Shown: positions 1 to 9,942 of the stretch, in pieces | Position numbering within the stretch: position 1 is the stretch's first letter | Layout: each line of letters starts with the position of its first letter | Assembly: GCA_050116155.1 (NCBI GenBank) | Contig: JASFPE010000003.1 | Coordinates: forward strand, 1-35,723 | Direction of reading: 5' to 3' | Source of the DNA: Desulfobacterales bacterium | GTDB taxonomy: Bacteria; Desulfobacterota; Desulfobacteria; Desulfobacterales; JAHEIW01 | DNA length: 35,723 nt | Notes under the pieces: model-generated | What the model was told of the DNA's origin: nothing | The model's database searches: none | What the model saw: the letters and a program-made list of their open reading frames with translations, nothing else | Program-made: the position numbers and the translations under genes

Positions 1-248
1 CTTTAAGGATGATTTGCGCCGCCTGTTCGGGCACCACCATCCTGGGCGGCAATGCCGCCATCCAGAGCTTCGGCCAGCGCCTGTCCGCCGTTGCCGTTGA
101 TGTCCGCTGCCACCCGTTTGGCACCATCGACATTGACGTCTGCAACGATGATAAGCGTTGCGGCACCGGCGAGTTCCTTACACAGCGCCCGGCCGATGCC
201 GGAGGCCCCGCCGGTAATAATCGCAACTTTTTTGCTCGAATCATTCAT
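1..248 (-). pseudogene. SDR-family oxidoreductase, apparently internally deleted and frameshifted; runs off the window edge
   Basis: N-terminus has the SDR Rossmann motif (VAIITGGASGIG...VADVN...EALD). The frame stops at 81 aa with no NNAG or YxxxK. A shifted frame at 61..2 reads MAALPPRMVVPEQAAQIILK, which resembles an SDR C-terminal helix. Confidence 0.65.
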
Positions 249-316
249 GTCACAAAATATCCTCTTGACTTATTCCCAAAATCGATCATCTGACTGGTCC
301 GTCTGCGGAATAATAT

Positions 317-1198
317 CTATACCCGTTCTTTGAATTCTTTGCCCAACAGACCTTCCGGGCGAACCAGCAGAACCAGGATGATCACCAGAAAGGCGAAGGT
401 GTTTTTGAAGGCGATGGAAACATAACCGCCTGCCAGGCTTTCGGCAATTCCGAGAATCAGGCCGCCCACGATAGCCCCTGGCAGGCTGTTCAGTCCCCCC
501 AGAATCGCAGCGGCAAAGCCCTTCAGAAACGGCTCCAGCATGAAGAAAGGATCAAGCAGCAGGGCGGGGGCCAGAAAAAGGCCGGCCAAAACGCCCAAAA
601 GCGCGGCCAGTCCCCAGCTCAGCGCAAGGATTTGGCGGGTGGGGATACCCATGGTTTGCGCTGCCGGAAGATTTTCGGAAGTGGCTCGCATGGCGAGACC
701 GATGCGGGTTTTTTGCACCAGCAGATAAAAAAGCAGGCACGTCAGCAAACCGATGCCAATGGTGCCCAGACTCAAATGGCTGATGACCACCCCACCAATC
801 TGAAAGGTTTTGAAATCTGAGAGGGGAAAAGGGAAGGATTGGGTTTCGGTGCCGCCAAAGTAGGCCACGAGGCCTTGAAGGATCAGCCCGAGTCCCAGGG
901 TCAGGATGATCTGTCCCAGCTGGGTGGCTTCACGGCGCTGGGCGGGGATCAACACACAGAAATAGAAGATCATTGCCAGGACCGCACCGAAGAGCAGGGC
1001 TAAGATAAAGGCAAACATAAAGTGAAGCTTCAACCCAAGCAGAGTAAAAGCAACAAAGGTCCCGGCAGTGGTGATATCGCCGTGAGCAAAATGCAGGATG
1101 CGTGAGGAGCGATAAATCAGTGCCAGGCCCAATGCAACCAGGGCATAGGTTGCGCCGGTCGCTAGGCCTGAAATAACATACTGCCAGAAGTTTGCCAT
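317..1198 (-). CDS. livH: Branched-chain amino acid-type ABC transporter permease (LivH-like)
   Basis: 293 aa hydrophobic; YALVALGLALIY...HFAHG, KTRIGLAMRA, GFAAAILGG, RPEGLLG motifs. Confidence 0.9.
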   Translation of the reverse strand: MANFWQYVISGLATGATYALVALGLALIYRSSRILHFAHGDITTAGTFVAFTLLGLKLHFMFAFILALLFGAVLAMIFYFCVLIPAQRREATQLGQIILTLGLGLILQGLVAYFGGTETQSFPFPLSDFKTFQIGGVVISHLSLGTIGIGLLTCLLFYLLVQKTRIGLAMRATSENLPAAQTMGIPTRQILALSWGLAALLGVLAGLFLAPALLLDPFFMLEPFLKGFAAAILGGLNSLPGAIVGGLILGIAESLAGGYVSIAFKNTFAFLVIILVLLVRPEGLLGKEFKERV

Positions 1199-1232
1199 AT
1201 TTTATTACCTCGATATTCGAATAATTAAAGTG

Positions 1233-2213
1233 TTATCTCAAGGGCCAGTTTCGAAAATAGAGTCTCATCTTAAACCATCGGCCGTAAAGCCCATAAGGCT
1301 CAAAGATCAACACCAGCAGAATAGTGACCCCGAAGACCACGGGAACCATTTCCTTGAATTCACTGAAGAATTGAGGTACCAGAATCACAAACGCAGCCCC
1401 CATGATGGAACCTTCCACCGAGGCCAATCCCCCGATGATCACAGCCACGAAAAGGGTGATGGATTCCATAAAGGTAAACATGTTGGGCTCCAGATACCCC
1501 AGTAAAAGGCCGTAAAGTCCGCCCTGAATCCCGGTGTAAAATGAACTGACCGCAAAGGCCAGCAGCTTGTAGCGGGTCAGATTCACCCCGATAACCTCGG
1601 CCGCGATATCATTATCACGAATGGCGATGAAGGCGCGCCCCACAAAAGAAGAAATGATATTGTAGGTGGTCAGCGTAAACAACAGGGCAATCAAGAAATA
1701 GAAATAATAATTGAAATTGATACGCGACAATCCAAAGATGGGATCGAGCTTTTGGATGATAAGCCCCATGCGGCCGCCGGACAGCATCTCAGAGTTCAGG
1801 AATACCTGATATACGGCAATGCCGAAGCCCAGGGTGGCAATGGCCAAATACGGTCCCTTCAATCGCAAAGAAGGAAAACCCACCACAATGCCGAACAATC
1901 CTGCCGCCAGACCGGCACTCAAAAGGCTTATTGGCCAGGGGATGCCGAAACGACTGAGATGCCCGAAGGTGAAGGCGCCGATGGCCAGAAAACCCGCCTG
2001 CCCGAAGGAGATCTGACCGGTGTATCCGATGAGCAGGTTCTGTCCTTGAACCCCGATCGAGTAAATGAAAATAACGGTCGCCGTATAGATGATGTATTCC
2101 GGTGCGAACCAGGGCAAGAGCAGGAGAAAGACGACAAGGGCACCCACCCATACGCGGGTCCAGGGTTTGCGAATGAGTTGCAGTTCTTGTTTATAATTTT
2201 CAATCAGATCCAT
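1233..2213 (-). CDS. livM: Branched-chain amino acid-type ABC transporter permease (LivM-like)
   Basis: NLLIGYTGQISFGQAGF, LRLKGPYLAIATL, GRAFIAIRDN, PYGLYG motifs. Confidence 0.9.
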   Translation of the reverse strand: MDLIENYKQELQLIRKPWTRVWVGALVVFLLLLPWFAPEYIIYTATVIFIYSIGVQGQNLLIGYTGQISFGQAGFLAIGAFTFGHLSRFGIPWPISLLSAGLAAGLFGIVVGFPSLRLKGPYLAIATLGFGIAVYQVFLNSEMLSGGRMGLIIQKLDPIFGLSRINFNYYFYFLIALLFTLTTYNIISSFVGRAFIAIRDNDIAAEVIGVNLTRYKLLAFAVSSFYTGIQGGLYGLLLGYLEPNMFTFMESITLFVAVIIGGLASVEGSIMGAAFVILVPQFFSEFKEMVPVVFGVTILLVLIFEPYGLYGRWFKMRLYFRNWPLR

Positions 2214-2218
2214 AAGGG

Positions 2219-4024
2219 CTACCTGTTGTACATCTTATCGATCACGTCTGCGTAGCGTTCTTCCAGAAACCGGCGCTTGACCTTTTTTGTGGGCGTGACG
2301 TCCCCATCCTCCTCATAGAAGCGTCTCGGGAGCAATTTAAATTTTTTGATGGTCTCCACCTGAGAAAGCGTCTGATTGACCTTTAAGACTTCATTGTCAA
2401 TAAGCTTTTGTATCTGTTCGTTCTGGGTGAGATCCGCAAATGTGGTGAATGGTATCCGCTGGTCCTGGGCATATTTGGTAACGTTGTCTTCGTCGATCAG
2501 AATCAAGGCAGTGAGAAATTTGCGCCCATCTCCGATGACCACCGCATCCTGGATGTAGGTGCTGAATTTTAATTTGTTTTCGATATAGGCAGGGGTGATG
2601 TTTTTGCCGCCGGCCGTGATAAGAATATCTTTTTTGCGATCCAGGATTTTTAGATGGCCATTCTCCATTTCACCCACATCTCCGGTGTGCAGCCAGCCGT
2701 CTTTGATGGTCTGGGCCGTAAGCTCGGGATCCTTGAAATAGCCCTTAAAAACATTGGCTCCCTTGGCGAGGATTTCGCCGTCTTCGGCGATTTTGACCTC
2801 CACGCCGGGCAGCGGTTCGCCAACGAATCCCCAACGGGGCCTGTTGATGCGCTGGACGGCAATCACCCCGGTGGATTCCGTTTGCCCATATCCTTCTCTT
2901 AAGGGCAGGCCCAGGGCGTTGTAGTATTGAAACAACTCTGGAGAGGCCGGCGCCGCGGCGCACACCGCATAACGGATGCGTTCGAATCCTAGCTGTCGCT
3001 TCAAATGATAGAGCACCAGCCAATACAGCGGCCAGTAAAGGACGCCCCACTGTATTCGTTGTCGGCTGCCTTTAGGGGTGCTTACATAGCGCAGGCCCAC
3101 GCCAATGGCCAGCTTGTAGAGGACCTTTTTTAGCAGCGTGGAGTCGGACATACGGATGGTGATCATCGAAACAAATTTTTCCCATATGCGCGGGACGCTG
3201 CAAAAGACGGTCGGGGAGATTTCCCGCAGGTTCTGGGGCAGGGTATCAATGCTCTCCACAAAATTCACGGTGCCTCCGGCCCAAACCGCCTGGAAAAGGG
3301 AGACCAGATTTTCATAGATATGGGCCAGCGGCAGATAGGAAAGCAGCTCATCGTTTTCATAAAACGGGGTGGCCTCAATAAAGGAATTCGTAAGCTTCAA
3401 AATATTGCTGTGGGAAAGCATGGCTCCTTTGGGCGGTCCAGTGGTGCCGGAGGTATAAATGATCATGGCCGTGTCATCGGGATCAATGGCTTTCATGCTG
3501 GCGCTAATAGATTCGGGGTGATCATGCAGGTAGGCGCGACCGCTGGAAAGAAACTCGTCGAAAAATATAATTTTCTCATGGGAAAACCCCCAGAGTCCCT
3601 TGGGATCCCAAACCACCACCTGAGCCACCTTGAGGTCGTCGATGATCTGGAGAACTTTGTCAACCTGCTCCTCATTTTCCAGGAAGAGCACCCGGGCCTC
3701 CGAATGACCGACCACGTAGGCAACCTGTTCCGGAGCCGAAGTGGGATAGACACCACAGGTGCACCCTCCGGCGGCCATGGCCGCTAAATGACAGATCAAC
3801 CATTCGGGACGATTATCCCCGAGTATTGCCACGCGGTCCCCTGGATCTAAACCCAGGGATAGCAAACCGGATGCCACCTCACGGACACTCTGGCCGTACT
3901 GTGTCCATGATATCCGGTTCCAGATGCCGTAATCCTTGTGTCGGAGGGCGACCCGGCCTTTAAAGCGCTGCACCTGTTGGAAAAAGAGCTCCGGAAAGTG
4001 AGTCGCCTGGTTTTGCATTACCAT
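2219..4024 (-). CDS. Long-chain acyl-CoA synthetase / AMP-binding protein (start may be 4018)
   Basis: IYTSGTTGPPKG, YLPLAH, EGYGQTE, GWLHTGD, DRKKD...GGKNI adenylate-forming motifs. Confidence 0.9.
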   Translation of the reverse strand: MVMQNQATHFPELFFQQVQRFKGRVALRHKDYGIWNRISWTQYGQSVREVASGLLSLGLDPGDRVAILGDNRPEWLICHLAAMAAGGCTCGVYPTSAPEQVAYVVGHSEARVLFLENEEQVDKVLQIIDDLKVAQVVVWDPKGLWGFSHEKIIFFDEFLSSGRAYLHDHPESISASMKAIDPDDTAMIIYTSGTTGPPKGAMLSHSNILKLTNSFIEATPFYENDELLSYLPLAHIYENLVSLFQAVWAGGTVNFVESIDTLPQNLREISPTVFCSVPRIWEKFVSMITIRMSDSTLLKKVLYKLAIGVGLRYVSTPKGSRQRIQWGVLYWPLYWLVLYHLKRQLGFERIRYAVCAAAPASPELFQYYNALGLPLREGYGQTESTGVIAVQRINRPRWGFVGEPLPGVEVKIAEDGEILAKGANVFKGYFKDPELTAQTIKDGWLHTGDVGEMENGHLKILDRKKDILITAGGKNITPAYIENKLKFSTYIQDAVVIGDGRKFLTALILIDEDNVTKYAQDQRIPFTTFADLTQNEQIQKLIDNEVLKVNQTLSQVETIKKFKLLPRRFYEEDGDVTPTKKVKRRFLEERYADVIDKMYNR

Positions 4025-4794
4025 GTTCTCCTTTTCTTATATAATCGCCATCCTTTTGGCGATACGGTATCGCTGCCGACACCCAGGTACAGTTCCTGCA
4101 CATCTTTGTTTTCCTGAAGTTCGCCTGCGGTGCCCTCCAGAACGATGCGCCCGGATTCGATGATGTAGCCAAAATTAGCGATGCGCAGGGCCATTTTCGC
4201 ATTTTGTTCTACCAGGAGAATGGTCGTGCCCGCCTGGCTTATTTGGGAAAGGGCCTCGTAAACTTCGCGTCCCACGCGGGGGGCCAGCCCGAGGGAAGGC
4301 TCGTCCAGCATCAAAAGTTTTGGCCGCCGCAGCATGGCACGCGCCATGGCCAACATTTGCTGCTCTCCCCCAGAGAGGGTTTCGGCCTGCTGGTTTGCGC
4401 GGTCCTTGAGAATGGGAAAAAGCTGGTGGATGAATTCATAGTCATCCGTGATGCCGGAATCCGTTCGGCCCCAGCATCCCAGATCCAAATTTTCTTTGAC
4501 GGTCAGTTCTCTGAACAGCCCGCGATCCTCCGGGACATAGACAATTCCCAGGCGTGAGACCCGCTCCGGAGCCAAACGCTGGATGCGTTTGCCCATGAAT
4601 TCGATGGATCCCTTTTTGGGTTGATCTTTCAGCAGGCCGGCAATGGTTTTCAACAAGGTGGTCTTGCCCGCACCATTGGGCCCCAGGACCGCAAAGATCT
4701 CCCCTGCTTTCACGTCCAGAGAAAGACCGTGCAGGGCATAGATCCGGTCATAATAAAGGGTCTCGATGTTCGCGATCTTAAGTAACGTTTCCAT
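4018..4794 (-). CDS. livF: ABC transporter ATP-binding protein (LivF-like)
   Basis: Walker A GPNGAGKT, signature LSGGEQQM, Walker B LMLDEPSLGLAP, LLVEQN. Confidence 0.9.
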   Translation of the reverse strand: METLLKIANIETLYYDRIYALHGLSLDVKAGEIFAVLGPNGAGKTTLLKTIAGLLKDQPKKGSIEFMGKRIQRLAPERVSRLGIVYVPEDRGLFRELTVKENLDLGCWGRTDSGITDDYEFIHQLFPILKDRANQQAETLSGGEQQMLAMARAMLRRPKLLMLDEPSLGLAPRVGREVYEALSQISQAGTTILLVEQNAKMALRIANFGYIIESGRIVLEGTAGELQENKDVQELYLGVGSDTVSPKGWRLYKKRRTW

Positions 4795-4800
4795 CTTTTT

Positions 4801-4860
4801 AATTTCGGAATCTTTAATTTTTTAATTTTTTTCCGCATTCCGAATTCCTCATTCCGCATT
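4801..4860. repeat. 7-bp tandem repeat (TTCCGCA-like x4) with a short inverted arm
   Basis: ttccgca-ttccgaa-ttcctca-ttccgca from 4831; partial inverted copy aatttcggaat at 4801-4811. Confidence 0.6.
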
Positions 4861-4866
4861 GTCCTT

Positions 4867-5619
4867 TCAATCTTCTCCCAGGTAGGCTTTGATCACCTCG
4901 GGCGTTCGTTGGACCTCTTCCGGGCTTCCCTCGGCAATCTTTTTGCCGTAGTCCAAGGCGATCATGCGGTCCGCCAGTCTGGAAGCGATTCTGAGGTCAT
5001 GTTCCACCAGAAGGATGGCCGTCTCGTAGCGGCCCCGGATTTCGTTAATCCGGTAAGCCGTTTCTTCCTTTTCCTCTGAGGTTAGTCCGGAAATTGGCTC
5101 GTCCAGGAGGAGCAAGTGAGGTTCCATGGCCAGGGCGCGGCCGATCTCTACCCGCTTTTGAACGCCATACGGGCAATCGGATACCCGTGCCTGTCTGTAG
5201 GCCTGAAGGTCCAGAAAATCGATGATTTCTTCGACCACCTTGCGATGGCGGATTTCTTCGCCCCGAAGACGAAGGACGGCGTGGAGAGGGTTTTTACGAA
5301 ACCGGATGTGTCTACCCAGAAGCAGGTTGTCCAGAGCCGTCATATGCATGAAGAGGCGTAGATTCTGAAACGTACGTGCCACGCCTCTACGGGCGATCGA
5401 ATCCGGCGCCAGGCCGAGGAGATTGTTTTCCCGGAAGCGGATGCGACCCTGGTCAGGACGGTACACACCGGTGATGCAATTGAACATGGTGGTCTTGCCC
5501 GATCCATTGGGACCGATCACCGAGAGGATCTCTCCATCTTCCACCTTGAGGTCCACCCCGGCCAGGGCCTGAATGCCGCCGAAGCTGATACGCAGACCGT
5601 CAACTTCTAGTAAGGGCAC
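4867..5619 (-). CDS. livG: ABC transporter ATP-binding protein (LivG-like)
   Basis: GPNGSGKT, GVARTFQ, PYGVQKRVEIGRAL, LLLDEP, VEHD, C-terminal VIKAYLG; GTG start. Confidence 0.9.
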   Translation of the reverse strand: MPLLEVDGLRISFGGIQALAGVDLKVEDGEILSVIGPNGSGKTTMFNCITGVYRPDQGRIRFRENNLLGLAPDSIARRGVARTFQNLRLFMHMTALDNLLLGRHIRFRKNPLHAVLRLRGEEIRHRKVVEEIIDFLDLQAYRQARVSDCPYGVQKRVEIGRALAMEPHLLLLDEPISGLTSEEKEETAYRINEIRGRYETAILLVEHDLRIASRLADRMIALDYGKKIAEGSPEEVQRTPEVIKAYLGED

Positions 5620-5622
5620 GAT

Positions 5623-6819
5623 TTAAAACCTCGGTTTGTACATGACGAAATCAGTCTGGGGTATATGCTTTCCGCCCTGCGCACGGTATAACCGAGAGCC
5701 ATTGGCTCCATGACGGCGATTGGGTCCGAAGGTCACCTTGGCACCGCCTGCCTCAGACTGCCAGTTCTTGATGGATTCCATCCCTCGGATCATGGTTTCG
5801 GCGGTGAGATTCCGTCCGGCGCGCTTGAGGCCTTCGACCAGGTACATTGAGCTGACAGCTCCAAACAGACCCAGATATTCCTTGCCGGCGATTTTGGGAT
5901 TGTATTTTTTGAGGATATCGGCAATCCGGTCGGCCTCTGGATCTACCCCGGGCATCCCGCCCAGGTTCGGTCCGGCCGGATAAACCCCTTCCCAGACCTC
6001 TCCGGCGATCTTATACATAATCGGATCGCCCAGCGGAAAGGAGGTCAACACCTTGGGACGATACCCAACCTTTGCCATTTCTTTGAGTACAAGGGGACCA
6101 TGGACCGGGCTGGTGTACAGCAGAATGGTATCTGCCCCGGATTCCTTGAGCTTGAGGGCATGGGCACTGAGGGCCCTCTCGGTGACGCCATAGGGCACCG
6201 CTGCGACCGTCTCGGCACCGGACACCTTCCCGACGCCGTTGGCCATTCCCAACCAGCCGAGCTTCCCATAATCATCATTCTGATAGAAGATGGCAAATTT
6301 CCGGCTGCCCAGGTTCTTATAGGCCCACTTTGTCAGGAACTCACCCTCGTCCTGGTAATCCGGATACGAAACGAAAATATAGCGGAGCTTATCCTTGGGG
6401 TAATCCTCGAACATGCGGGTATTTCCATAGGCATTTATCAGAGGCATCTTGTTTTCAGGGAAAAAATCCCGGCAGGCATGGACCACCGCGGTTCCCAGAA
6501 GGGCGGTTACCGCGAAGACTTCATTCTTCATTTCTTGAAGATTGGCCAAGGACCGGGCAGGATTGTATCCGTCATCCTTGAGGATCACTTTGATCTTGCG
6601 GCCGTGGATGCCGCCTTGATCATTGATATAATCAAGCCATGCTTTGCCACCCAGCCCGGTAACCCCCCAGATGGCTGCTGGGCCGGAGAGAGGAGTATTC
6701 CAGCCGATCGTAACTTCAGTATCGGTAACGCCCCGAACCTTTTGTTGTGCCGCAACAACCGAAGGGATCGTCAAAATGAACGCAAGCAAAATTACAAGCC
6801 AAAATGATGAATTCTTCAT
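5623..6819 (-). CDS. ABC transporter periplasmic substrate-binding protein (Leu-binding/PBP1 family)
   Basis: Signal peptide; GVTDTEVTIG, PLSGPAA, GGIHGRKI...DDGYNP, YQNDDYG motifs; AGGAGG RBS. Confidence 0.88.
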   Translation of the reverse strand: MKNSSFWLVILLAFILTIPSVVAAQQKVRGVTDTEVTIGWNTPLSGPAAIWGVTGLGGKAWLDYINDQGGIHGRKIKVILKDDGYNPARSLANLQEMKNEVFAVTALLGTAVVHACRDFFPENKMPLINAYGNTRMFEDYPKDKLRYIFVSYPDYQDEGEFLTKWAYKNLGSRKFAIFYQNDDYGKLGWLGMANGVGKVSGAETVAAVPYGVTERALSAHALKLKESGADTILLYTSPVHGPLVLKEMAKVGYRPKVLTSFPLGDPIMYKIAGEVWEGVYPAGPNLGGMPGVDPEADRIADILKKYNPKIAGKEYLGLFGAVSSMYLVEGLKRAGRNLTAETMIRGMESIKNWQSEAGGAKVTFGPNRRHGANGSRLYRAQGGKHIPQTDFVMYKPRF

Positions 6820-7106
6820 ACCAACCTCCTTTTGTGTGTTCAGAACGCGATGTTTGCGAACGGATTACGAGTTTCTTGTCAATTGTGTATCTAATTTCGT
6901 TCCACTCCAAATAGGTAAGGGTTTCAAATGATCGAAAAAGATGAACGCTTAGATATCGGAGCCCCGATTTATTGTCAACCTAGATCTTTGAAATCAGACC
7001 CGACTTAGCTTATGCGACCTTTTTTCAGGTTGCGGTTTCGGAAACGGTATGCAAGGCATTTATGTGTTTATCCAAGCCTTTTGTCGCTGCAGTGATACAT
7101 TTTATT

Positions 7107-7136
7107 TTGACATATTAGCCCTTCATGGCATATAGT
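7107..7136 (+). promoter_or_regulatory. Putative sigma70 promoter for the TPR gene
   Basis: TTGACA (7107-7112), 18-nt spacer, TATAGT (7131-7136). Confidence 0.55.
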
Positions 7137-7173
7137 ATAATAAAATTCTATACTTATGGTGGAGGACAATTCC

Positions 7174-7689
7174 ATGATACCCAAAAGAACCTGCCTGAAT
7201 TTAATTTGTGGCCTTCTGGTTCTAACCTTTTTAATCGGACCCGGCCAGCTGTCATGGGCGCAGGAAAAGTTAGCATCCAAAAAGGATTCGGCGCTCAGTA
7301 AAACGACAAAAAAGACGACCAAAGCCATCAAAAAAGATGCGGACTATTGGTTCAGGAAGGGTGCCCTGGTGGCCACCTATGGAAACGACAAGGCTGCCAT
7401 CCGGTTTTTTGGTAAAGCCATTGCCCTGAATCCGAATCACAGTCGTGCCTATTTCGAACAGGGGGTATCCTATGGCCAGCTAGGCGATTATCAGCAGGCG
7501 ATTTCCTTAATCAACCGGGCGCTCAAGTTAGATGCGCAAAACGGGATCTATTATTACGGCAGAGGACGTGTTTATCTTTTGTCGGGGGATGATGCCAAAG
7601 CCATGGAAGATTTCAAGCATGCCGCTGAATTGGGTGATGAAGATGCCTTGAATTATTTAGATTATATCGGACAGAGTCAAGCACATTAG
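7174..7689 (+). CDS. Secreted tetratricopeptide repeat protein (ORF track start 7156)
   Basis: Signal peptide ending SWA-Q; about three TPR units (KAIALNP...AYFEQG, RALKLD...YYYGRG); GGAGGA upstream of ATG 7174. Confidence 0.8.
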   Translation: MIPKRTCLNLICGLLVLTFLIGPGQLSWAQEKLASKKDSALSKTTKKTTKAIKKDADYWFRKGALVATYGNDKAAIRFFGKAIALNPNHSRAYFEQGVSYGQLGDYQQAISLINRALKLDAQNGIYYYGRGRVYLLSGDDAKAMEDFKHAAELGDEDALNYLDYIGQSQAH

Positions 7690-8074
7690 GCCATAATCCT
7701 GTATCCCCGTCTTTAAAATATCGGATGGTTGTCATCGTTAACCCGATCAATGAAAACCCTTCTAAGCTCGCTGCATAAGGGGGTTGCTCCACAACTATGT
7801 GCGGCGCAAGTTTTTCCCTTCTTATTTTCAGGCTCAATACCCATCGGAAATCCATTAAAATAGTCCTTTATACATCAAAAAATCATCCCCTGGACGATAG
7901 TCATCCCACAAAAATTGCTTTAAAAGGTCTAAAATACTATCGATGCCCCTGGCGCTCGGAATGGGTTTATGGGTGTCAACCACCACAGAACAATCAAGTG
8001 CCGGTGACAGGATACTCGCACCTCACGTGTTTCAAACAAGATCATCAATCATATAAAAAAGGAGAACTAGAATT

Positions 8075-8953
8075 ATGATTCTCATCGGTGAAGACTTAAA
8101 TGTTATGTCCGGGGAGATCTCGCGCGTCATAAAGGAACAGGAGCCGGGGCCGATCCAGGAATGTGTCACGGAACAGACGAAAAATGGCATGGATTACCTG
8201 GACGTGAATGTGGGGCCTGTAAAAAAGGATCCGGAAGGAACCATGGAATGGCTCATCAATACGGTCCAGGCAGTTACCGAGCTGCCATTGTGTTTGGACA
8301 CCACCAATCCGGTGGCCATGGAAGCCGGCCTTAAGTTTTGCCAGAAAAAGGCTCTCATCAATTCGGCATCCGGCGCCACCGAAAGTATCGAAACCATGTT
8401 GCCGCTGGCCGCCAAATATTCGGCCGATGTGGTCCTTTCCGTCATAAACGATGCCGGCTTGCCCTCGGATGCAGACGAACGGGCAGCCAGTATCATGGAG
8501 TCGGCGGCCGTTGCTAATGAATTGGGAATTCCCAATGAGAATATCTGGGTGGATCCGGTGCTGCTGCCCATCGGTGTGGATCAACGCCAGGTAACGGCAT
8601 ATCTTGAATTCATACAGATGCTGCAGGATTTAATGCCGGGAGCTAAATCCACATGTGGATTGTCAAATTTATCCTATGGTGCCCCCAAGGAGCTCAAAAG
8701 CTTGCTTAATCGTACTTTCCTGGTGATGATCGGCAGATATGGCCAGCATTCTGCCATTGTCAGTGGCTTCGACCATGAGCTTATTCGTCTCATCCGGGGA
8801 GAGGAGCCGGAGATGGTTGAGCTCATTTATCGCGCCATGGATGAAGACGATATGGATACCTCCGCACTTCCGCAAAAGGAGCTCGAGTACGTCAAAACGG
8901 CACAAGTTCTCATGGGGAAGTCACTGTATTCACATTCCTGGTTAGAAGTCTAA
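8075..8953 (+). CDS. acsE: Methyltetrahydrofolate:corrinoid Fe-S protein methyltransferase (pterin-binding family)
   Basis: MILIGEDLN, LDVNVG, LCLDTTN, INS, WVDP, GLSNLSYG pterin-binding barrel motifs; adjacent to acsD/acsC; AGGAG RBS. Confidence 0.85.
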   Translation: MILIGEDLNVMSGEISRVIKEQEPGPIQECVTEQTKNGMDYLDVNVGPVKKDPEGTMEWLINTVQAVTELPLCLDTTNPVAMEAGLKFCQKKALINSASGATESIETMLPLAAKYSADVVLSVINDAGLPSDADERAASIMESAAVANELGIPNENIWVDPVLLPIGVDQRQVTAYLEFIQMLQDLMPGAKSTCGLSNLSYGAPKELKSLLNRTFLVMIGRYGQHSAIVSGFDHELIRLIRGEEPEMVELIYRAMDEDDMDTSALPQKELEYVKTAQVLMGKSLYSHSWLEV

Positions 8954-8968
8954 AAGGAGGCAGATATT

Positions 8969-9868
8969 ATGAAATATGAGCCACCGTTGGAGAAAATCTC
9001 TGTAAACATTAGAGAAACCGTGTTGGGACACGGGGAAAAAACCTTCAAAATAGGGGGAGAAAACACGCTGCCTTTCCATTCTTTTGAAGGCACGCTTCCG
9101 AATCTACCGGGACTTGCCCTGGAAATTCTGGATACAGAACCGCAGAATTGGGCCCCGTCGATTTTGGAACCGTACGAAGATGTCGTTTCCGACCCGGTCA
9201 GCTGGGCCAAGAAATGTGTGGAGGTATTCGGGGCCGAGATGCTCTGCCTGCGGCTTGTGAGCACCGATCCCATGGGCCAGGACGGATCACCGCAGGCAGC
9301 GGCCGAGATGACTAAAAAAGTGGCAGATGCCGTGGATGTCCCGCTGATTGTATGGGGGACGGATATGGAAGAAAAGGACGCTCAGGTCCTAACGGAAGTT
9401 GCCCGGGTGTGTGCCGGGAAAAATTTACTTCTAAGCCCTGTGGTCAAGGGGAATTACGAAAAGATTGCCCAGGCTGCACTGGAGCACGGGCACGCCATCG
9501 TAGCGCAGGCATCGATGGATGCCAATTTAACCAAAGAATTAAATATCGTCCTTTGCAAATTTTTTCCGCCAGAAAAGATCGTTGTTGATCCGACCGCTTC
9601 GGCTCTGGGTTATGGACTCGAATATACATTCTCGATCATTGAAGAAATCAAGCAATTCGGACTTACCGATAAGGACAAAATGATGCAGATGCCCATCATA
9701 TGCGATTTCGGAGGGGATTGCTGGAGAACCAAAGAGGCCAAAGAAAATCGTGAACAAGGCATTCTCTGGGAGGCCACAACCGGGATTTCGTTTCTTCTGG
9801 CCGGAGCCAATCTCCTGATCCTCAGGCACCCGGAGGCACTCAAGCTGATAAAAGAGATGGTTGTTTAA
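8969..9868 (+). CDS. acsD: Corrinoid iron-sulfur protein small subunit (AcsD/CdhD)
   Basis: IGGENTLPFHSFEG, DPVSWAKKC, VDPTASALGYGLEY, DKMMQMP, WRTKEA, LRHPE motifs. Confidence 0.92.
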   Translation: MKYEPPLEKISVNIRETVLGHGEKTFKIGGENTLPFHSFEGTLPNLPGLALEILDTEPQNWAPSILEPYEDVVSDPVSWAKKCVEVFGAEMLCLRLVSTDPMGQDGSPQAAAEMTKKVADAVDVPLIVWGTDMEEKDAQVLTEVARVCAGKNLLLSPVVKGNYEKIAQAALEHGHAIVAQASMDANLTKELNIVLCKFFPPEKIVVDPTASALGYGLEYTFSIIEEIKQFGLTDKDKMMQMPIICDFGGDCWRTKEAKENREQGILWEATTGISFLLAGANLLILRHPEALKLIKEMVV

Positions 9869-9942
9869 CTGCCCCATTGTCATTGGGGCAAAGCCCCGAA
9901 CGTTATATTTTGCTTATTTTATGAAGAAACAGGAGGTTTGTT

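Noticed and set aside
7690-8074. Riboswitch (cobalamin, THF, ZTP) or sigma54 promoter upstream of acsE
   Set aside because: No recognisable consensus by eye; TGGCGC at 7950 has GG rather than GC at the -12 position. A covariance search was not possible.
7797-8078. 93-aa ORF upstream of acsE
   Set aside because: No RBS or motif; it occupies the probable promoter region. Not fully excluded.
9871-9889. Hairpin gcccca-N7-tggggc between acsD and acsC as a terminator
   Set aside because: Short stem with no adjacent U-tract, lying between genes for two subunits of one complex.
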